NCBI GenBank assembly: GCA_030167865.1
Contig: JALAGF010003606.1
Span: forward strand, 1 to 64,000
Direction: 5' to 3'
From: Craspedostauros australis
Taxonomy: Eukaryota
DNA: 64,000 nt
The notes below the pieces were generated by a model that saw only the letters and a list, made by a program, of their open reading frames with translations, was not told the origin of the DNA and made no database searches. Both the position numbers and the translations under genes were made by a program. Position 1 is the stretch's first letter; each line of letters begins with the position of its first letter. This document shows, one piece after another, positions 23,695 through 35,602 of the stretch.

Positions 23695-24537
23695 CGTGAT
23701 GGATGAGCCCAAAGCGCACTGGCGTCACATCTCAACTTGACACAATCGCCACAAATTGTTCCATCAACGCACGAGGCGGACACTCAACATCAACGCCGGG
23801 TGAATTAGCAGCTGTTGGGATGCAATAAGCCAGCAGCTGGTAGAAGACACAGCTCTCTGCAACAGCAGCCGCGTGTGCGTGTTTTGATTGGTTGATGCTA
23901 AATATGGCTGTTGTCACCGGTACTCGAGGAGTTCCAATGACGTCAAAGAAACAAAGGGAGAAAGTTGAGTCCGTTTACTCAGAAATTGCAAAGGTCGAAT
24001 AGGTCGACTCGGGAGAAAGTCAGAAGGGTGCGCGATGGGGTCATTCTGTGACACAAATCTTGGCGCGGGGGGAAATCAGATGGGAAAGCTCCTGTTTCAC
24101 TGAGAGAGAACGCGACAGACCAAACACAAGCGAAGATCGAACATGAGCGCAGAGAGAGAGAGAGAGAGAGTCGTGGGCACAAAGAAGGTCTCAACACACA
24201 CACAAGAGTCACGCCTCCACAAGGATCCTACTCTACGTCGTTGCCATCATCTCACAATAGAGCAAGGCAGACAAGCAAGGCAGACAAGCACATCGTTGTT
24301 CACATCAATTGTCGCAAGACTCCGCCGCTCTCCGCTCCTTGCAAAAGTGACCGCCGATCCAATTGGCTTTGTCAACTGGTAGAGAAAGCTTTGGTCGCCG
24401 CTGAAACGATCTCACCACAAGACAGCACAAGCACAATCACAAGCGCACCCGGCTGCTGCTGCAGCAAGACAACGAACGCAAGACACACAAGCACGTCCGC
24501 ACAAATACAAACGCAAAGGCAAACATAAAACGCCAAC

Positions 24538-27491
24538 ATGTCGCCCTCTTTGGGACGAGACCTCGAGAAGTTCACCGATGAGATCGAAGGCGAACTGGAG
24601 AAGAGGACCATCTGCGGGGTTCACATCACGCGGGGGGTCACCATGGGGTTACTCTGCGCTGCTTCCGTCTTCATCGTGGGGTTGGGAGTCGTCCTCGGCA
24701 CCACGTTGGGAGGTGGCGGATCGGGCTCCTCATCTTCCGACCCTCTCTCGACGCAGACAAACCAGGAACGCGTCATGATCCTCGAGACGGAGCTCGAGCC
24801 GTTGTCGGGAAGCAGCGTCGTGACCAGCGGGACGCCACAACGAATGGCGTTGGAGTGGCTGGCGGCGTCGGACCCAGCGAGGCTGCCGCTCAAGAACACA
24901 CCCATCGATGTCATCACCCAGCGATACGTCATGGCCACCATATACTACGCGACGGGCGGGCCCGAATGGGCGCTGCAGTACAACTTCCTCACTGGCAAGG
25001 AGACGTGTGACTGGAATTCGCAGCCGCAGGGTGTGTTTTGCAATAACGCCGGTTACATCACCGCCATCGAGCTCAACAACCTCAACCTCAAGGGGGAGCT
25101 TCCCAAGGAAATCGCCTTGTTGCGTCAGCTGGAAGCGATCAAGATTGGCGGAAACAAGCTGTCAGGAAAGGTGCCCACCGAGCTTGGACTGTTGTCGAAG
25201 CTCCGCGTGCTGCACATCGGGATCAACTCTTTCACGGGTGGCATCCCAACCGAGTTGGGCGGATTGCCCCAGTTGGCCATCCTTGACGTCAGTAAGTCCA
25301 TGCATTGCATTGCTCTGCTCTGGTTTGAGTCGAACTTTGCGACGGCTTGAATCTGCTCACAAGCGACTGTATGTCGATTCAATGCATTGAACTTGCACAA
25401 GGACTTGACAAGTCTCACTCAACTGCGTCATTTACACGGAAATACTGTGCGCTACATCGAAATACATGACCTTCTCACCTTCATTAATCCTATCTTTTCT
25501 CCTTGATTTCCACAGGCAACAATGACTTTTCAGGCCATTTGACTGGCTTCATTACGCACATCCACTCGCTGGAATCGCTCGATATTAGCCACAACGGATT
25601 CAGCGGCGAGCTCCACAAAAGCTTCGGAAACTTGAAGAATCTCAAGGTATTCAAAGCATGTAAGTACACAAAGGCGTGGCATGGCATGGCATGGCATGGC
25701 ATGGTATAATGTGATATGATATGATATGGGTAGAGTTCATCAGCGTTTGGATGTCTGTCATGCGAGAGATCGAGCAAGGCATCGTCATCGCACGCGTTGT
25801 TTTTGTTGGTTGTGGCGGCAGTCTGATGTGCCTGATCGCAATGGCTTCTGTTACTGTCGATCGAAATCACAAAGAATTCTGCTCCGGCCTCACTTCAATC
25901 ATACTCTCGCTCATCCATTTATGATGCCGATCCTCTTATTTTCTTCATCCGTTCTACCTTCTTTCCACACTGTGTCCTCGCGTTGCTTTCAGCCTTCAAC
26001 GACTTCACCTCGATCATCCCAACGCAACTGGCCAGGATGAAGATATTGGAAGAAATGTACCTCAGTAAGTCGCTTGGTGTCGATTAAGAATCTCCGCGTG
26101 TGCGATGTCTTGTACGGAAGCGTCGCAAGAAGTGAACAGCGAAACCCTACGGCCCGACATTCGAACTCACCCGTCTGTACGAATTCGAATTGTATTCTTC
26201 ATCGATCTTCATACTTGTCTGCGCCTTCCTTCCTCGCTCGCGCATTGTATTTCAGATTCCAACGAGTTCAAGGAAACCCTCCCGGAAGAATTCTCTGGAA
26301 TGCAGCATCTCGTTACCTTGGATGTGAGCAACAACAAGCTGACCGGAGAGATCCCGGTTGGATTCGGATACGCGAAGTCCCTCCAAGCCCTCAGTTTGTC
26401 GGAAAATCAATTCAGCGGCGGACTGTTCACAGACATTGGACAGCTGGGTTCCAGGCTCAAGGAGCTTCGATTGGGTAAGTGGATTGGATGGATACTACTG
26501 CTGGTGTCTCTGTGCTTATTCGCGACTGCTTGATGTCACGTCTTTCTGTATTAGTATGCTTGCCAACATCCATGTCTACATTCGTTTGCGAACAATAATG
26601 CTCTGGCTTTCGGCAATGATACCGCTGCGTGGATATTCCGAGTTCAATGGCGCTGACATGATTGATCATTTGAAACCTTCCTCCATGCCCCGCTGCTCTG
26701 TGCATCTCCCCGTCCTTGCAAAACCAACCAACCAACCAACAACGCGCAGACAACAACAATCTCAAGTCATTCCTGCCAACCGAATTGAGATCTTTGACGA
26801 ACGTCATTGAACTGAACCTGGAGGGCAACGAGTTTGAAGGGAACATCCCGTCGGAGATTGGCGAATGCACTGGTCTCAAGTATCTCTCAGTCGGTAAGTC
26901 GAATTTGTTGCAGGCGTAGTTACGCTCCTGTGTGGGAAGCATGGGTGATTGAATATTGCCATTTCCGAAACAAGTGGAGGCTGATGATCGATGAAGTTCC
27001 CGCTTGGAATGTCCATTCCTCAACTCTCATCTACCGTACACCGCAATATGATGAATGTCTGCACCATACATGTCACATTATGCCAATATCTTATCCCATG
27101 TTCTGCCTTGCCGATTCTCCACCAACACTCATCTCCACTTCACTCCGCTCCACTCTGTCCACTCGATGATGACCCGGCAGGCAATAACAAGCTGTTCGGC
27201 AACGTGCCGACTGAGATTGAGAACTTGACCGGGCTGCAAATCTTGGACTTGAGCTACAACAATCTCGGTGGGGACATCTCAACGGATGTCGGCTTCAAGC
27301 TCTCCAACCTCCAGGAGCTGTACCTCTCTGGCAACCAGATCCGGCAGGACCTGGACCCAGTCTTTTGTACCCGTCCCAATATCTACACAGAATTTGTATC
27401 AGACTGCAAACTCAGCGAGGTTCAATGCACCTGCTGCACTTCGTGCTGTGACGGGGGCACCGACACAAGCCAATGCTCCGAATCGAGCTAG
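24538..27491 (+). CDS. Membrane-anchored leucine-rich-repeat protein (plant-type 24-aa LRRs, no kinase domain), 6 exons
   Basis: Exons 24538-25291, 25516-25659, 25993-26064, 26256-26474, 26750-26893 and 27181-27491. All donors are GTAAGT and all acceptors CAG. It has an N-terminal TM, an LRR N-cap (PQ..ALEWL, QRYVMA..YYAT.G..W, CDW..GV.C), LxxLxLxxNxLxGxIP repeats and a C-cap SDC...C.CCT.C. Confidence 0.92.
25677..25728. repeat. Pentamer microsatellites (ATGGC)n followed by (ATATG)n in LRR intron 2
   Basis: Read directly from the sequence. Confidence 0.85.
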
Positions 27492-27833
27492 AGAATCGCA
27501 GTCACAAGACGCGTGAGTTGTACCAGCATACATACTCGTGAGTGCAAAGCAGTGAGTCGAAGCGTGGCGACGAATCAACGATCGTGGGTAGGTCGAGTAC
27601 CACGCCGATCGTGATCATTGGAACTGTGTACCCAACAAGAGTGCGTATCTATGTTACATATAAAATGAACAAACTCAAAATGAAACCAATTGGAGACATT
27701 GGCAATCTACTCGATTCAAACTTCAATGTCGCCTTTGCACTTGGTGTCGCAATGTCAGCGTTGCCCTTTTCATTGCACTCCTGGTGACATGTTCCGACCT
27801 GAAACAGCAACGTGGCCACTCTTGCCCTCCCAT

Positions 27834-30599
27834 CTATGGCACCTTTTTCTCATCACCACCGCCGTTTGTCTTATCCACTGTCGGTTTCTTGCTGTAGATG
27901 CTGAACTTATCGCGCTTCACGTCCGTCATGAACGGCGCCCAATGCAACTTGGAGGCGTCCACACGAGGATTCTTGACTGGATACTTCTTCGCCAGCTTCC
28001 GAAGCATATTCTCTTCCGCTGCGATGAAGTAGATGCCGCTGATGATCTTGAGGATGCCCAATTGATTCAACGTGAAGACGATGTCCTCGGCCATAATGCT
28101 CGTGCGTTTTGAAATGTCCATGATGCTGAGGCTCGATTCCGTGGATTGGTTCAGCAGAAAGTCAATGATGGTCGATGCCCAGTACGGCTTGTAAGCCTGC
28201 TGGCCCAGATCAGACATGGGCTTCTCCGGCGACCCCACGCGCTCCTCTTTCTTGCTAAGTTCGTAGGAGAAAGCGATCAAGAATCGACCGTACCCCTTGC
28301 GCTGGTGGCTTGGGAATGTGAGGATGCAGGCGAGATTGTACCCCACGTCGCTGTACTTTTCCTTGCTGAAGTACCCGACTGGATGAAAGCCTCTCGAATC
28401 CACTTCGCAAAGAACGTAAAACAGAAATGGATCGACATCGAAGTACAGCGTTTTGTGATCCAGGAAGAGCTTGGCGATGTAGCATAGATTCTGGCAGTAT
28501 ATCCGTTCCTCAAATCCATCCACCTCGAACACTGTGGTTCGTTGGTTGTTAATGATGGTCACAATTTGGTTTTGATTTTCGTTTGGGCGAGGGAGATAAT
28601 AAAGATAAGGGGCCAATTGTGAGTTCATTGCGCCAGGCACACACAGGAAACGGACACAGTCACACACTGAGATGTGCGCAATAGTAGTGTAACATGTGGT
28701 TTGCAAATCATCGAATTTCCAGCCAAGCTACCAACAGCAACACCATACTCAACTGGCGACTTTCCCATTGCGATAGATCTCATTGCCCGGCGGATGCCGC
28801 CTGTGCGGCGGCAATCGCGAATGGAACCGTCTCAGTTCGCTCTTGCGCGCAAACATGCTGAGGGTGAATTCGCAGACATAGAGCACCTCGATGTATCCCT
28901 TCTCGGAGACCAATTCCTTGGGGATGGGCGAAAAGTACCACGTCTCCATCTGGTAAGCGCCCAGCTCGAGGAAGGCCACGTTCTTGACCTTCGTGACCTC
29001 TTCATGCTCACGTAATGATGCCTCGTCCAAACCTTCGTGCTCATCCAATTCTTGCGCTGGAACGGTGGCGACGACGTGCTCACCGACTGTAGTGGTCGTG
29101 GCGGCCGTCGTGGAAATGGAGACGACGCCCTTTTCGGCCGCGATGATGGCTGGAGGCGGTTTGGTCTTGTCATTGCCGCCGGGGTCCTGGTTGGATGCCA
29201 CGACGGTGTTGTTATCATCATCATGGAAACTCTTGCGTCGTTGCAATCGCGTGCGCCGTGGTGCCTCTGCTTCCGGTGCTTCTTGCGACGATTGCTGCTG
29301 TGGCGCCGTGCCAGCCGATGCCGCAGCTTTCGGATTCGCTGCCCCCGTCGTTGTTTGTGCTGCATCCGCGCTGGCTGCTGCGGCCGCCGCCGCCGCTGTA
29401 CCACCAGGAATAACACCTGTAACGACGCTGCTACGACGACGACTCGCACGTGGCGCGGATATATCCACGCTGGTTTCGGCCTTCTTTTCCAACAACCGCT
29501 GTTGCTTACGTTTTTCGCGTTCCTCCTCTTTTTTGATGGCCCTGGCCTTGGCGTTGCCCACGCTGGGTGGCGAGATGATGCGTTCCATGGCGATCCATTC
29601 ATCCATGCGGCGGTTGAAATCCCGATAGTGCACGTAGTACCTCCATTCGTCGGTGCCGACGGGCACACGGTCGATAACGTCACAGAGTCGGACGGATGAT
29701 TTGTTGGTGCTCGCCTTGGACTCGTCCTCTGAGTCTTCCGACCACCAATCATCGTCCTCCTGCTCTTGTTCTCCGTGCCGCACTTCGATCACGGATCCAC
29801 GAGCGTATGGGTGATTATCCTGAACCGGAATACCATTGTGCGTGGCCTTTCCCTTCGGTGCCTCTGCCATTGGTGCACTCGCTGTGGGCAAAGCCGTCGT
29901 CGCTGTCGCCGCTGAAGTTGCCGTCGCGGCGATCGTCGAAGCAGATGTCGCATCCGATGCGTCCGCCTTGGTGGTTCCCACCTTCTTTGTGATCTTGCGT
30001 TCTTTCTTGTTGGATGCTGGTTTGGCATTCTTGGCAGGTGCAGGGGCTTGCGCCGCGGATGGTGCAACGTCTTTGGACGACGGATCCGCTGCTGCGTTCT
30101 TCGGAATGGATTTGCGTCCCGATCTGGTGGAACCCGTCTTTTTGGATGCCGATTTCGTCTCTGCGGCGGACGCGATCTTGGATGCTTTGTTGTTGTTATT
30201 GCCATTGTTGCTGCTGGTACTGCCATTGCCATTGTTGTTATTGCCATTGCTGTTATTGCCATGGCTATTACCATGGCTGTTGCTATTGCTGTTGCTGCTG
30301 TTGACATCACCTTCCTGCGCAGCTGATGCAGCACCGTGCTTGGATTGCGAGGCGGATGATCGCAGGCCCTTTGTGGATGCCTTCTTGGAATCCTTGTCCA
30401 CGTTGCTCTTGCTGGATTGCTTCTTCGGTATCTTGGAGATGGCGAGCTTGGTGTCAGCAGAAGATGATTTGTCTCGCTTGCGCGGTATTGTCATGGTGAC
30501 ACCCTGCCGCGCGGATTCTCGCGTGCTTTCGCGTCGTGACTTCTTGGTGGGGCCACCGCCCGATGAGCTCTCGCTCTTTCTCGTTTTCTTGCTCGTCAT
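27834..30599 (-). CDS. MYST-family histone acetyltransferase (Esa1/Tip60/KAT8-like) with Tudor-knot chromodomain (2 exons)
   Basis: Exons 30599-28754 and 28531-27834; the splice restores EIYRNGKVAMFEVDG. Motifs YYVHY.DFNRRMDEW, TWYFSP.P, LFLDHKTLYFDVDPFLFY, QRKGYG and GSPEKP.SDLG. Confidence 0.95.
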
Positions 30600-31339
30600 G
30601 GCTATGAATCAAGCGTGCTCTCTTTCTCTCTCTCTATGGCATGGTATTGTTGCTGATTCTGGAATGCAGGTCGTACATGTGATGGGATACCTGTGTTGGT
30701 TTGGATGGATGGATGGATGGATGGCGAGTAACGGGTTCTCTTGTGGGCTGTGTGGTGGGGATCATGTTGTGGTTGCATTCCTTGCATTCGAATGAATCGG
30801 CTCCAAAAGTGCAAAGTCGCTGTGTCCACCATCAGCGTGGCACACTCCAACATTCCAAAGAGGGGGGACTGCAACTATTGTTGTCATAAACTGGATGGGT
30901 ATTTCCTCTATGATGATTATGGTATGTGGTACATATGCATGCATCGGCTTTGTTGCGTCGGATGATGGTGACTTGTTTTGTAGGCAGCTTTCCTCGTGAC
31001 GTGCTTCGTCGAGGCTCCATGATTGGCCATTTCGTGGTTCGATATCACATCATTGTTCTCCGAGCGCTGATCCTGCTGCGAACAAGGTGAGCTGGACCAA
31101 CCCTCACCACAACATCTCTGGAGAAAGAGTACAGCGCCGCAAGCATGTTGCAATCCATTCGATTCGTTGGTGCTATGGTTCATATATTCGTGCAGAGCCA
31201 GTATTGTATGATGTTGTGTATCATTGTACTGTATGGCAGACGTGACAGTTTGAAGAGCGTAGGGTGTACGAGCATTCTGCTCGGTGTGCGTAGATCTGTC
31301 CAGACACGGCATCATGAAATGCAAATTCCATGAGTCCCA

Positions 31340-32369
31340 TTAGATGATACGGCCACCAGCAGAAGGAGTCTCAACGCTTTCTTCGTAGACCGAATTGTGC
31401 GATTGTTGCGAACTAATTTCGATGCCGTTGGTGTGGGCCGCTTCGAAGTCAAGATCGCTTCCAGTCGGTGACGACATGGACTGCACAATCTGTCGCAGCG
31501 CGCTGCCATCTGCTTCGATGTGGAGAGCCTGTGAGGGATCGACCTTGGGTGATTTCATTGCTTCTTTGGTGACTGAAGGATCGTGATTGACGCTCTGTCG
31601 ATTCCGGATGACGACGAAGGCGAGCATCCCAATGACAGCCAAGACAATCACCACGATGGCCGCAATAATGACGCCCTCCAAGGCGTTGTTGCCATTTCCA
31701 CCCCCTGTTTTCGTTCGCACCTGTGCTTTCACGCCGTTTGGCCAGGTCTCTGGAACAGAGCCGCTGATAAATTCGCAGAACTGCAGGGGCAGGGTGGCGA
31801 TGTTGCGTATGTCATGTATATCCACGGTGATTTTAGTACGTACGTGCGGAGGCAGTTATGATCGTGATTGCGTTCGCATTGATTCATTTGCGGGCACGCC
31901 ATGAAAGTCAGAGACGGAGCAGCAAGGCAAGGGAAGCGAAGAAAAGCAAGTAAGAGAGAGGATTGGGTGAGCGAAGATGAACGCAGCGGCATGATGTTGC
32001 CGTCATGACTGGCAGGCGGAACTAGAGAGAGAGAGGGAGTTCAAGTCTCTCTCTGTCTGTCCCGAGTATTGCACCTGCGTTGCAACTCACCTCCCCTTCA
32101 TATTCGGACGGACACGTGCATCCTTTTTCGACGGAACCATTGGAAGTGCTGAGGGCGCAGACCCCCTTGTTGGCACAGAACCAGACATCGCTCGTCTCCT
32201 GAGGGAACTTGCACTCGACGTCGGCCAAGAATTCGCAGTAGAGGCCGACGTATCTCGAGCTGGCCTTGGAGCAGTCGCAGAAGTACGATCCTTCGTTGTT
32301 GATGTCCTGCTTGCAGGTGGACCCATTTTCGCATCTGTGGCCGTCGGGGCATGTGCGGAAGTCTGCCAT
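31340..32369 (-). CDS. Small single-pass membrane protein with two EGF-like domains (2 exons)
   Basis: Exons 32369-32091 and 31780-31340 (GTGAGT...CTGCAG, phase 0). Motifs CENGSTC...Y.CDC...YVGLYCE and FCANKGVC...GCTCP..YEGE|FCE, then TM GVIIAAIVVIVLAVIGMLAFVVI followed by RNR. Confidence 0.8.
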
Positions 32370-33730
32370 TGTGTGGTATTATACTTGGGTAGTGTGGTAG
32401 CTTTACTGCGGAGTGTTGTGATGTCGTGCTTGGTGGATTGGCTCCTGTGCTTTGAGAGTGCTGTCTTGCGTCTTTGGCAAGGAATCAGCGATGGGTTGTC
32501 AAGTATGTACGGTTTGCGCACGTTGAGCAGGTGCAGGTGTTGCTGTCGTGGTCACTGGTTCAGCCGTTGCTGGTTGAGCTGCTTGCAATGACGATGATGG
32601 TGTTCGCGGATTGAAGAGAAGTGACGTGAAGTCGAGAAGTCGCTTTGTGCCTGTCCGCTTCTTGTTCTTCTTTGCGTCGCGTGCTGTTACTTCGGCAATG
32701 TCGATGTCGATGTCAATGGTGCGGAGCGTGTATTCGTGGGACCGTTGATGATACAGTTGCGGTTGGTGTCTCTTTGCTCCAATCTTCTTTTCCGCTTTCG
32801 CTTTGCTGTTGCTCGTGTTGTTGTTCCTGTTCCACCCGCAAATGACGCGATTGGTGGTTGTAGTGGAGACTGCCCGCAACACTCGCCTTTGCCTGGCGGG
32901 AAGACGACACCACGGAGACGACACCAATCACACGACCGAACGGCACGGCTCCGTTCCTCAATTGCGCCATGGTCACGCGCTGATGCGCACCCGTTTTCGA
33001 TGGCATTGGAAGATGCAAGATTGATTTTTGGCTTTGAAGCGAGTCGGACCGTTAACGAAACGTTTTCAAAGAAGGCGTTCGTTTCCAACCTGTGTTCCAG
33101 TCGAGTCGTGTTTGCGTAGTCTCAACAGTCATTTTCGACCACTTCGAGTTGCATGTTCTCGTCATGTCTGCATCGCGCACCACGAAAGAGTTGCACGAAC
33201 GAAGAATGCCGAATCCGACCAACCAAAGTCAAAACGATGTTAGCGAGAGGGAACGAGGGATGAAACAACAACGGCAACGACAATGACACTGACGACCACA
33301 GCAACGACGACCACAACGAAAGTGGCGGACCAAAGACAAAGCAGACGCTAACCAGAAGACAAAGACCATTTCGCGATCCCAACGAAGGACAATCGCAGAG
33401 TTTCACGACTGAGAGTCGGAGGTCGTTGCTCACACTGGATCCAACGTCACCACCAGCATCGACATCAGTACCGATATCAGTACCGACATTGAGATCGATA
33501 TCGCCGGGGGTTCATCCAAACGGCGGCATCAAAAGTGTTGCAAATCGAGGACAAGAAGCCCCGCCGACCACCATCTCCCGATCTGGGCCACCATCACTCT
33601 GCTACACCCAGACTAATACCAGTACGCAGAGGACGGAGCGTTGAGACAACCGTCTCTGCCAAAGCATTTGCAATATATACTTCAAAGAGAGAGCGCTGAG
33701 CCTCCCACCATACACATCCGCACTCTTGAT

Positions 33731-35115
33731 ATGAGCTGTCCACGAAGACCCATTTCATCGAGCAGGATGATCATGATCGGCCTCATGGCATTGCTCGTCA
33801 TGTGCGCATCGGCGACCGCCACAACTGACTATCGCGGTCTGCGAAATGCTGCTGCTAAGCCGATACATCACGATCGCACGATGCGATCATCGCACGTGGA
33901 TGTATTGCAACAGGACAGAAGGTTGGAGGGAGACGAATCGAGCGATAGCGACGAAGATTCGGATAGCACTGATGGCGATTCGGATAGCACTGATGGAGAC
34001 TCGGATAGCTCTGATGAAGATGAGATCACGGAACCGACTGATGCTGCTACGACTCCTGCCACCACAGCAACAGCAGCCGCAGGAAGCGAAGAGACATTGA
34101 ACTTTGTTGCCAATGAGCAAACAGAACAGTTCAAGGAGGACGAAGCAGAAAAGGCCGCTCTCAAAGCTGCAGGTGATGCAGAGACAGCGGCATCCGCAGC
34201 AGCAGCAACAGCAACAGAAGCTGCAACCACAAAGGCAACCACGACAACAGAGGCAACCACGAAGGCGACAACGACCACCACTGCAACCACCACAACAGAA
34301 GCAGCAACGACGACGACGACGACGCAAGCTACAACAGCCACGACGTCACCACCAACAGCCAGTCCAACGATGAAGGATACGGAGGAAGTGGAAGGTCGCA
34401 AACCCGTACCCAAAGACACTGATTACAGCAAACCGGATGATACGGATGCCATCCAGGAAGCAGAAAAGGAAAAGGAAGACGCGGAGGAGAAAGAGGAAAA
34501 GACGGAGGAAGAACTCAAGAAGGAAGAGAAGGTGGCCCGCGGATTGGGCGGCCTCGGCTTCTTCCTTGCCATCTTGGGGATGGTCTTTACGGCTCATCAG
34601 GTGGCCGAAAACCCGGATGGCATCTTTGCGAGGTGAGTGCAACTCGTCGACAATGCCCAATACGTACGCAGCGTCGAGGTTTTGTCACAAACAAAAGACG
34701 TCGGTTCCTGGTTGACGTGCTCGTGTTTCGGTTGTGAATTCATGATGATTCCCGTCCTCTACTCTCTGTCCATGTATGCAATCATCCTCACGCCTCGTTG
34801 ATCCACCACACGTGACCTCATCCCATTCTATTGTAACGGTAAACTCTGCTCTATCGTATACATCATATTGCATTGCATTGCACTCGGTTACACTGCGCAA
34901 CATTCCAATCATGCTTCGATCCAACTCCATGCAGTGTCTGCCGGTTGGCAGTGACAATCTCATCCATGGTGCTCAAGGTCGTCTTCATGCCGTGCCGAAA
35001 ATTCATCGGTGCTTCCAACCCGCATTATACCGGACACATTCCAGTTAGCACGGTTGACTACAGCTACAGAGAGAACTACAATGGGGGCGGTGCTGCTGGC
35101 TTTGAAATGTCATAG
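33731..35115 (+). CDS. Secretory-pathway membrane protein: signal peptide, RXL motif, Ser/Asp-rich repeats, Thr-rich mucin-like stalk, coiled coil, TM region (2 exons)
   Basis: Exons 33731-34632 and 34935-35115 (GTGAGT...ATGCAG, phase 2). Hydrophobic leader MIMIGLMALLVMCASATA, DRRLE, (DSDSTDG)n, poly-T/A segment and TM GLGGLGFFLAILGMVFTA. Confidence 0.78.
33956..34018 (+). repeat. Coding 21-nt tandem repeat x3 (GATTCGGATAGCACTGATGGC-like) encoding DSDSTDG
   Basis: Three near-identical 21-mers read directly from the sequence. Confidence 0.9.
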
Positions 35116-35602
35116 ACCAAAAGACAGAGTTGAACGGTCCTTGTGCTGAGTATAGTTGACAATACGTTTTCAATACAGTGTACAACAGTACTGTGCGATG
35201 CTGTCCATGCATGCATCGGAAAACTGAGAATGATGACATCATCGAATGTGATGTCGGGTGGAGCCATCAGAGACTGCAAACGTAGTTTCGAGTGAAGTGT
35301 GTCAGACTACTCGTAGTCGTACTGTCCTGCTGGATCGCGTCGTGAGTTGGAGGGAAACACTGCACGTCACCATTGGCGCAGTAAGCGAAGCATCACTCCG
35401 CCAGCTCTGCAAAGAAGCAACTGATGCATCCAATCAATTCGCTACACATCACAAAAGCATGCCCCCAAGTTGCAACTGCTGTCGGGTACAGTTGAATACA
35501 GTTTTCTATTGGTGGCAGAGTAGTTTATGATTTCATACAAAAAAAACTACAGAACAAATTATTCTGTCGTACCCCAGAGTAGAGTACCCTGCGTTGTCTT
35601 TG

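Noticed and set aside
22682..24537. Several 100-235 aa ORFs in the Myb-like/LRR intergenic region
   Set aside because: Low-complexity, microsatellite-driven translations with no coding signature. More likely promoter and UTR sequence.
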